Below are positions 1 through 5,754 of a DNA stretch of 32,000 nt, in pieces; position 1 is the stretch's first letter, and each line of letters opens with the position of its first letter. The stretch is from Nitrosococcus oceani ATCC 19707 (GTDB taxonomy: Bacteria; Pseudomonadota; Gammaproteobacteria; Nitrosococcales; Nitrosococcaceae). The DNA lies in assembly GCF_000012805.1 (NCBI RefSeq), contig NC_007484.1:1770001-1802000 (forward strand), given 5' to 3'. A model generated the notes under the pieces. That model did not search any database. It had not been told where the DNA came from and was given only the letters and a program-made list of their open reading frames with translations. The position numbers and the translations under genes are program-made.

Positions 1-242
1 GACAGTTTCTGCAGGAGACGATGCGCAGTGAACGGGTAACGGAAGCGGATATACTGCTAGCCCTTCGTCAGCGGGGGCATTCCTCAGTTAAGGATGTGGA
101 AGCGGTGATCCTAGAACCTGATGGAAGCTTCAATGCCGTAATAAATGAAACGCTTCCAGCTTCTGAATCGGCGCTTAGAAATGTGCATAATTATCGTCCT
201 CAAGATCATGAAGTGACCTCTGAATCTTTCTCACAATATTAG
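1..242 (+). CDS. DUF421/YetF-like membrane protein, C-terminal fragment (5' end lies outside the window)
   Basis: The frame is open from the window edge (base 3) to TAG at 240-242. The translated tail, RVTEADILLALRQRGHSSVKDVEAVILEPDGSFNAVI, resembles the conserved C-terminal module of DUF421/YetF-family proteins. This assignment is from memory, not from a search. Confidence 0.5.
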   Translation, partial: QFLQETMRSERVTEADILLALRQRGHSSVKDVEAVILEPDGSFNAVINETLPASESALRNVHNYRPQDHEVTSESFSQY

Positions 243-602
243 CGGGTAGAATTTATATAATTATTTCAGCAATTAAATATCCTCATGATTTATGAAAAAC
301 AGGATATAGAAATTATACTTTAAATTAATATCTAATGATGTTTGATGGGCAGCGTTGCAGCCCAACTCTGCGTAATTGTAAAAATTACAAAATTTCCCCT
401 CTTTTTGCATCCCCTTCTTTTTTCGTTTTGTAAATATAAATGAGTTGAGTTTTAAGTATTTCTGCGAAATAAATATTTCGGTATGAGTAGTGCTAGATTT
501 TTAAAATATCTTAACTATATTTAATTCTAAATAACGAACAAATTAGGATTGATGGCTTTGTTCTATATTTCAAATTTTAAGAAGTAATGAAGGAGATCCA
601 CG
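243..602 (+). promoter_or_regulatory. AT-rich promoter/leader region of the 603-2672 operon
   Basis: A 360-bp, visibly AT-rich spacer. AGGAG at 591-595 lies 7 nt before ATG 603. It contains the palindromes CGAAATA-AA-TATTTCG (465-480) and GTAATT-N5-AATTAC (372-388). I did not assign -35/-10 boxes. Confidence 0.3.
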
Positions 603-1247
603 ATGGATAAAACTTACTCAAACTCAAGCGGCCATTCCCCCGAGACGGGGATTAAGGACCAAGCACGGCAAGAAGCACACCGTCTTGCAGATAAAGCCAA
701 GGAGCAGGGCCGGGATCTATTGGCTGATCGTAAAAGGGCCACAGCGGATGAAATCGGAAGCGTAGCGGAAGCTCTGAGTAAAACGGCCCAAGAAATGTAT
801 CAGCAAGAGCACCCCCCCCTGATCACGCCCTATGCTGAGCAGGCAGCTAATAGTCTTAAGAGATTCTCTAATACACTGCGGGAGCGTGATCTTAGCGTTT
901 TGGCTAGGCAAACGGAAAATTTTGCTCGCCGCCAGCCGGGAGTCTTCCTAGGGGGTGCAGTGGTAGCCGGTTTCCTGTTAGCCCGCTTTTTTAAAAGCTC
1001 GGAGCTTCATAGCGAGTATGATTACGCTCAGCCTTCTAGCGGTGGCCTATCTACAAGCAATTCGGGGGCCACGGAGAGCTCTTTTGCTTCATCCAGTACT
1101 GGCTCCACCACAGTTCCCCCGGCAACACCACCACCTTACAGCACCGCTATGCCTGCATCTTCTGCTGGTGCTAGACCTATGGGCGGTGCGTCCACGTCCA
1201 CTACAGAAACCACTCCCGCCAACACTCAACCTAAAGGAGAGCTCTGA
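603..1247 (+). CDS. Hypothetical membrane-anchored protein: charged helical N-terminal region, one TM segment, Ser/Thr/Pro-rich tail
   Basis: 214-aa ORF with a strong SD. It has one hydrophobic segment (GVFLGGAVVAGFLLARFF) followed by a low-complexity S/T/P tail. Its stop overlaps the next start (TGATG at 1245-1249). Confidence 0.7.
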   Translation: MDKTYSNSSGHSPETGIKDQARQEAHRLADKAKEQGRDLLADRKRATADEIGSVAEALSKTAQEMYQQEHPPLITPYAEQAANSLKRFSNTLRERDLSVLARQTENFARRQPGVFLGGAVVAGFLLARFFKSSELHSEYDYAQPSSGGLSTSNSGATESSFASSSTGSTTVPPATPPPYSTAMPASSAGARPMGGASTSTTETTPANTQPKGEL

Positions 1248-1702
1248 TGTCAGCCTATGATCCCCATACCCCGCCGGAAAACCGCTCTATTATCTCGCTT
1301 CTCTCAGAGTTAACTCAGGAAGTGACCACGTTAGTTCGGCAAGAGCTGGAGCTCGCCAAGGCCGAGGCATCTGAAAAGGTATCCCAGGTCGGTTCAGGGA
1401 TAGGCGCTGTGGTGGCGGGTGGCGCGGTTGCGTTTGGCGGCTTTCTGGTGCTTCTGCAAGCCCTGGTTTACGGCCTTGCCGATATTCTAGGTGAAGGCAA
1501 CATCTCTCCGCTGTGGATAGCTTCCCTGATTGTGGGGGTAGTAGTCCTGCTTATTGGCTATGGTTTACTTAAAAAGGGGCAAAGCGATCTTAAGGCTAAA
1601 CATTTAGTGCCTCGTCGGACGACCCGATCCCTGCGGAAGGATAAAAATATGGTGAAAGAAGAAGTTCGTGGAAACAGGAGCAGATACGATGAAACATACT
1701 GA
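1247..1702 (+). CDS. Small two-TM membrane protein, holin-X/DUF1469-like (Pfam Phage_holin_3_6 type, YqjE-like)
   Basis: 151-aa ORF, translationally coupled to the upstream gene. It has the characteristic N-terminal amphipathic motif SLLSELTQEVTTLVRQELELAKAE followed by two glycine- and alanine-rich TM helices. Confidence 0.7.
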   Translation: MSAYDPHTPPENRSIISLLSELTQEVTTLVRQELELAKAEASEKVSQVGSGIGAVVAGGAVAFGGFLVLLQALVYGLADILGEGNISPLWIASLIVGVVVLLIGYGLLKKGQSDLKAKHLVPRRTTRSLRKDKNMVKEEVRGNRSRYDETY

Positions 1703-2672
1703 GTATCCCTATCAGGAAAAATCTTATGAAGATAAATCTCCCGCTGAAATTGAGGCGGAGATAGAGCAAACGCGCGCTGACATGAATAACACGTTGCATG
1801 CGCTTGAGCGGAGATTTTCTCCTGGCCAGTTAATGGATCAAACCCTAAGTTATTTTCGTGGGGCGGGGGAGGAAACCAATGAGTTTGCCACTAACCTAGG
1901 CCGGAATATTAAGGACAACCCTATACCTGTGGCTTTGCTGGGTATTGGTCTGGGATGGCTAATGATGGGCGGTTCCGAGAGATCGGACCATCGCTACAGT
2001 CGAATCTACCGCCATTCCACTGATAGGCCGGCGAGAAGACCCATTGTAACCCCTTCCGGGGAGCCGGCAACGGCTACCGCTACCTCGCAATCGGCCGGTA
2101 GTTATAGGGATCAGGCACGCCAAACCGCCCATGAGGCGCGAGAGCGGGCTGGAGGTATGGCCCACGCGGCGAAAGAGAAAATTTCAGAGACCGCTCAGCG
2201 GACTCGGGAGCAAACAAAGCATGCTGCCGATGAGGCTAGGGAAAAAATGGGAGACGTTACCGAGGCAGCCCGTTACCAAGCTCAACGGGCCAAGCGCGGG
2301 TTTACCTACCTGCTCCAGGAGCATCCATTGGTGTTGGGTAGTATCGGGATTGCCCTAGGAGCGGCCTTAGGCGCTGGTTTGCCCCCGACTCGGAAAGAAG
2401 ATGAGTGGATGGGCCGAGAACGGGATGAACTGCTGGCACGTGCTGAAGCTACAGGTAGGGAGCAGCTTCATAAAGTCGAACAGGTGGCTGAAACAGCCCA
2501 GGCGGCGGCCCGGGAAGAGGCTAAGCGGCAAAATCTGACCCCCGAAGCAGGTAAGGAGGAGTTGGAGAAAGTAAAGCACAAAGCGGAGCGGGTAGCTGAA
2601 GCAGCTCGGGGCGCTGCTAAAAAGGAGGTTAAACGGCAGGATCTGGGTTCCTCGCCGCATTCTCAGTCTTAA
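1689..2672 (+). CDS. DUF3618 domain-containing membrane protein
   Basis: The ORF is open from 1668. ATG 1689 is preferred because AGGAG at 1676-1680 lies 8 nt upstream. The N-terminal motif EIEAEIEQTRADMNNTLHALERRFSP is typical of DUF3618. There are two hydrophobic segments and Lys/Glu/Ala-rich repeats. The gene overlaps the upstream gene's end. Confidence 0.7.
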   Translation: MKHTEYPYQEKSYEDKSPAEIEAEIEQTRADMNNTLHALERRFSPGQLMDQTLSYFRGAGEETNEFATNLGRNIKDNPIPVALLGIGLGWLMMGGSERSDHRYSRIYRHSTDRPARRPIVTPSGEPATATATSQSAGSYRDQARQTAHEARERAGGMAHAAKEKISETAQRTREQTKHAADEAREKMGDVTEAARYQAQRAKRGFTYLLQEHPLVLGSIGIALGAALGAGLPPTRKEDEWMGRERDELLARAEATGREQLHKVEQVAETAQAAAREEAKRQNLTPEAGKEELEKVKHKAERVAEAARGAAKKEVKRQDLGSSPHSQS

Positions 2673-2690
2673 CAGTCTGTTTCAATAAGG

Positions 2691-2737
2691 TCCGCCGCTC
2701 TTAAAATTTACAGATGGGCGGCGGATCGATTTTTATT
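2691..2737 (+). terminator. Rho-independent terminator candidate for the 603-2672 operon
   Basis: TCCGCCGC (2691-2698) pairs with GCGGCGGA (2718-2725) across a 19-nt loop. It is followed by TCGATTTTTATT and starts 19 nt after the stop codon. Confidence 0.5.
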
Positions 2738-2839
2738 CCGCAATGTTTTAATAGGACATTTTCATCTTAGCCTCTCAGGAGAAAGTAGGGTGGTTGGAGC
2801 GAGCACCGCATATGCTGAGCAACATGCCCACCGGGGCGG

Positions 2840-2867
2840 TTCAGCCACGCGCCCCCGGGAAATCCCC
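2840..2867 (+). repeat. 28-bp direct repeat, copy 1 (TTCAGCCACGCGCCCCCGGGAAATCCCC)
   Basis: Identical at 28/28 positions to 3782-3809. It is followed by a short complement of its TCCCC end (GGGGA at 2881-2885), which could form a hairpin. Confidence 0.8.
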
Positions 2868-2889
2868 TGTGATTGATCGTGGGGAACTA

Positions 2890-3768
2890 TAGTCATTTGA
2901 ATTAAGAATCGATCATGTTATAGTTTTGGGATGACTTATTCCTTAGACCTTCGTCATCGTGTTGTGTCCTTCATCGAAGAAGGCGGAAGCCAGAGAGAGG
3001 CGCAACGCTTGTTTAAAATATCCCGCAATACGATTTACCGCTGGCGCACGAGCGAAGACCTTCGCCCGAAAGTTCATGGTTCGCGTCAACGCAAGCTGGA
3101 CAAGTCTGCATTGAAACGCCACGTGCAAGATCACCCTGATGCAAAGCTTTGTGAACGAGCCGTTCATTTTGGAGTCCACACAAGCGCCATTTGGTACGCA
3201 CTTCGTTCCATGAACATCGTAAAAAAAAGCGCGTAGATATTCCCAGAGATGTAATAGGCAAAGGGCTGCGTATCTTGCCCGCTTGCGCGGCTTCTTTAAA
3301 AGCCACGGCAAAGAAAACATCGTTTACTTTGATGAGAGCGGGTTTGAGAAATACGCCTATTGTCCGCATGGCTGGGCGCCGCGCGGGCAAAAAGTATAGG
3401 GCGATGTATCGGGCAATAACCGAAAAGATGTTAATCTGATTATGGCGCAGCGCCGGGATGAATGGCTCGCGCCTGTTGTTTTTAACGGCTCGTGCAACAC
3501 GGCTTTGGTCAATACATGGATTAAGGATTTTTTGCTTAAAGAGCTGAAAAATCCCAGTGTGATCGTGATGGATAATGCGCGGTTCCACAAAAAATCAGAC
3601 ATACGGAATATCCTTGAGAAAGCAGGCCACCTCTTGCTTCCGCTACCCAAATACTCCCCTGATTTTAATCCCATTGAGCACTCCTTTGCCCTTCTCAAAA
3701 AACGAAGGCAATTCTCCGGTAAAAATATCGAAAAACTTCTAATGTCACAAAATTATTTAGAATGACTA
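2890..3768 (+). mobile_element. IS630-family insertion sequence (879 bp), decayed copy
   Basis: Terminal inverted repeats TAGTCATT (2890-2897) and AATGACTA (3761-3768). They are flanked by TA/TA (2888-2889 and 3769-3770), the target duplication typical of IS630/Tc1-mariner elements. The interior encodes an HTH plus DDE transposase. Confidence 0.85.
2931..3765 (+). pseudogene. IS630-family transposase, disrupted (frame change at an A8 run plus an in-frame TAG)
   Basis: - The N-terminal HTH part is 2931-3236.
- The catalytic part continues in the +1 frame after the A8 run at 3221-3228, reading KKARRYSQRCNRQRAAYLARLRGFFKSHGKENIVYFDESGFEKYAYCPHGWAPRGQKV.
- It then hits TAG at 3397-3399, where the other copy has Tyr (RVYG).
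- It resumes as GDVSGNNRKDVNLIMAQRRDEW...VIVMDNARFHKK...YSPDFNPIEHSF. Confidence 0.8.
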
Positions 3769-3781
3769 TAGATGTAGCCGA

Positions 3782-3809
3782 TTCAGCCACGCGCCCCCGG
3801 GAAATCCCC
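3782..3809 (+). repeat. 28-bp direct repeat, copy 2
   Basis: Identical to 2840-2867. It is followed by ATCCC/GGGAT hairpin potential (3804-3819). It lies 31 nt upstream of the left end of the tnpB element. Confidence 0.8.
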
Positions 3810-3913
3810 GCCAAGGGATGGGGCGATGTGCTGCTTCGCGTTGAAGGAATACAGGGATGTATGACGACCCCCTAGCCGAATTGCGAAGCGCAGCGGCGCA
3901 TCGAGCGCGAGGG

Positions 3914-4081
3914 CTAAGTGGCTTTGCGTTTCGCCATGAATTCGCGTTTCACGGCTTCCAAAAGCAACGTTTCTACTAAATTCGATAGCGGTCTGTTTTG
4001 CTTTTTCGCTAGCTCCACAAGGGTTGCTCGAAGCTCGGCGTTGATTCGTAAACTGAGTACTTGCTTGCGCATTGCTGTCAT
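3914..4081 (-). CDS. Ribbon-helix-helix (CopG/Arc/MetJ-like) DNA-binding protein, 55 aa
   Basis: This ORF is below the ORF-track size cutoff. The sequence is MTAMRKQVLSLRINAELRATLVELAKKQNRPLSNLVETLLLEAVKREFMAKRKAT. GAGG lies 5 nt upstream of the ATG. It has the classic beta-strand (VLSLRI), helix (ELRATLVELAKK), helix (LSNLVETLLLEAV) pattern. It lies inside the IS boundaries. Confidence 0.65.
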   Translation of the reverse strand: MTAMRKQVLSLRINAELRATLVELAKKQNRPLSNLVETLLLEAVKREFMAKRKAT

Positions 4082-4109
4082 GTATACCTCGTTGTATCAT
4101 GTATACATG
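4078..4109. promoter_or_regulatory. Repeated/palindromic putative operator between the RHH and tnpB start codons
   Basis: TCATGTATAC occurs twice (4078-4087 and 4097-4106), 19 bp apart start to start. The second copy extends to the perfect 12-bp palindrome CATGTATACATG (4098-4109). The first copy covers the RHH start codon and the second abuts the tnpB ATG. Confidence 0.4.
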
Positions 4110-5261
4110 ATAACGCAACGCGCTTACAAATTCAGGTTCTACCCAACACCTACGCAGAAGCGGCAATTGGCCCTTGAGTTTGGCCATGCCCGCTTTGTGT
4201 GGAATTGGGCCTTGGAAACCCGAACGAAGGCGTATCAAGAGCGCGGCGAGCGGCTGAATAATATCGGGCTTAGCCGCCAACTGACGGCGCTGAAAAAGGC
4301 CGAGTATCCCTGGCTGAGCGAAGCGACCGCCGGTTGCCATACCCAAAAGCTGCGGGACCAGGACACGGCCTTTAAAAACTTCTTTGCGGGCCGGGCGAAA
4401 TATCCCCGCTTTAAGCGCCGCCACCACACCCAATCGGTACGCTATCAACTCGATCAACGCCATGTGGCCAGGAATTTCAACGCCGAAAGCCAACGGCTGA
4501 GACTGCCTAAGCTCGAAGCGTTGAAACTCAAGTGGTCCCGTGATATCGAGGGTATTCCCAAAATGGTGACGGTGAGTAAAGACCCCGCTGGGCACTATTT
4601 TGTCAGCATGGCCTGTGAGGTGACTATCGTTCCCTTGCCTGCCAGAAGGAATGCCCTTGGCGTGGATGTGGGCGTGAAGGATATCGCCATCACCTCCGAG
4701 GGTTGGAAGTCCGGCGCGCCTAAATACACTGACCGCTATGCTCGGCAATTGAAAAGGGCGCAGCGCCGTCTGAGCAAGCGGCAAAAGGGATCGGGCAGGC
4801 GCTATCAACAACGCCAGCGCGTGGCCCGTATACATGCTCGGATCAAGGATAGCCGCCGGGATTTTCTGCACCAAATCTCCTCCAAGCTCATCAACGAGAA
4901 CCAAGTGATTTGCCTGGAGGATTTGCATATCAAAGGAATGTTGAGAAATCGCCGCTTGAGCAAAGCCATCGCCGATTGCGGCCTGTATGAACTGCGGCGG
5001 CAAATTGAATATAAAGCGGCGTGGACTGGCCGTGATGTGTTGATCGTGGATAGATGGGCGCCGACGAGTAAAACCTGCTCGGCCTGTGGCACGGTGCAAG
5101 AGTCCATGGCGCTGAAAGTGCGCGCATGGACTTGTGGCTGTGGCGCTAGCCACGATAGGGACATCAACGCGGCCAAAAATGTGTTGTTTTTCGGTACGGC
5201 GGGGAGCGCCGGAACCTCGAAAGCGCGTGGAGCGGTAAAACCCCCAAGGGCCGTGGCCTAG
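4107..5261 (+). CDS. tnpB: TnpB (IS605 OrfB family) RNA-guided endonuclease, apparently intact
   Basis: 384 aa from ATG 4107. The N-terminus MITQRAYKFRFYPTPTQ is typical. RuvC-like motifs are LGVDVGV, ICLEDL and HDRDINAAKN. The zinc-finger cysteines are CSACG...CGCG. The track ORF start at 3918 is an upstream extension that overlaps the RHH gene antisense. Confidence 0.9.
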   Translation: MITQRAYKFRFYPTPTQKRQLALEFGHARFVWNWALETRTKAYQERGERLNNIGLSRQLTALKKAEYPWLSEATAGCHTQKLRDQDTAFKNFFAGRAKYPRFKRRHHTQSVRYQLDQRHVARNFNAESQRLRLPKLEALKLKWSRDIEGIPKMVTVSKDPAGHYFVSMACEVTIVPLPARRNALGVDVGVKDIAITSEGWKSGAPKYTDRYARQLKRAQRRLSKRQKGSGRRYQQRQRVARIHARIKDSRRDFLHQISSKLINENQVICLEDLHIKGMLRNRRLSKAIADCGLYELRRQIEYKAAWTGRDVLIVDRWAPTSKTCSACGTVQESMALKVRAWTCGCGASHDRDINAAKNVLFFGTAGSAGTSKARGAVKPPRAVA

Positions 5262-5367
5262 CCACCGTCCGAGGACCGCGAGGAAACGCGAATTAGTCAG
5301 GCTAGCCAGGTGAGGATGGACCGAACCGCAGCTAGTCATGGCGAAACTCCAATACCGATGAAAAGTG
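5200..5367 (+). ncRNA. Putative omega RNA (reRNA) of TnpB: scaffold over the tnpB 3' end and right end, plus a flanking guide
   Basis: In characterised TnpB systems the omega RNA is encoded by the 3' end of tnpB plus the right end, and the guide is the ~16 nt beyond the right-end boundary. Here the segment 5250-5351 is the part conserved in the cargo-less copy. The 5' limit is a guess. The predicted guide starts at 5352 (ATACCGATGAAAAGTG). Confidence 0.3.
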
Positions 5368-5754
5368 ACTTAAGATTAGCAGATCCTAATTTAAAAAAGA
5401 TGATTAAAGCAGGGTGTATCCATAAACTCATTCACGGGAAGAGGACTGCCGACTTTAGACGGCAGGGGAATTCGCCTCCTCCCGTAAGTTGCGTTAGAAT
5501 GATGAGTGTTTCCGGAAGAAGACACCCCGCCGCACTAGAAGACGGGCAAGCCGTCCATTTAAGCTGACGGTTTATGACAGATATGATTCTCCCCGGCAGA
5601 AAATGGACGAGGGTTTTTCTTTTCTCAAGCATGTGAGGAGAAGGGAGATCGTTTTGCTAATTGAGAGCCAAGAATTATTCAATAGCGGCGTGTTCTGGTA
5701 GTATATTACCCTATAAAAATATCAGAGCAGCTCCCTCACTCATTTAAAGGCAGA

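Larger units (their letters stand above)
3841..5351 (+). mobile_element. IS200/IS605-family (IS1341-like, tnpA-less) element carrying an RHH gene and tnpB
   Basis: The ends are defined by homology to the cargo-less copy at 10788-10961. The left 80 nt (3841-3920) are 65/80 identical to 10788-10867. The right end shares the blocks GCGAATT and AGTCATGGCGAAA..TCCA, ending at 5351 versus 10961. There are no terminal inverted repeats, as expected for this family. The boundaries are uncertain by a few nt. Confidence 0.7.

Noticed and set aside
812-819. Homopolymer tracts as possible phase-variation switches: C8 at 812-819, and G8 at 13112-13119 and 13445-13452
   Set aside because: Each tract is simply Pro-Pro encoded by CCC CCC in a His/Ala-Pro-Pro context, inside otherwise intact ORFs. 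There is no evidence of length variation or frame disruption.
3013-3588. Minus-strand ORFs (2943-3320, 3013-3588, 3357-3698) and the + frame ORF 3191-3439 inside IS630 copy 1
   Set aside because: All overlap the recognisable, though disrupted, transposase reading frames. None has transposase-like or other motifs. ORF 3191-3439 is the -1 frame and does not continue the protein.
2840-3809. CRISPR array call for the 28-bp repeat pair
   Set aside because: There are only two copies, no internal palindrome typical of known repeat classes, and no cas genes in the window. Each copy is followed by a self-complementary tail, which is more like a REP-type element. I kept it as a finding, not as a CRISPR feature.
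3918-4106. N-terminal extension of the tnpB ORF (track start at 3918)
   Set aside because: The extension overlaps the RHH gene antisense and has no TnpB-like sequence. TnpB proteins begin a few residues before the RAYKFR(L/F)YP motif, which fits ATG 4107.
3783-5339. 518-aa ORF on the minus strand, the longest ORF in this region
   Set aside because: It runs antisense across the whole of tnpB. It has an Arg/Gly/Ala/Pro-rich composition typical of antisense frames and no recognisable motifs. It also reads through the IS left end. tnpB on the + strand and the short RHH ORF explain the region.
5310-5632. ORFs 5310-5567 (+) and 5432-5632 (-)
   Set aside because: The first starts inside the IS right end. 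Neither has a ribosome-binding site or recognisable features. The region is treated as non-coding.
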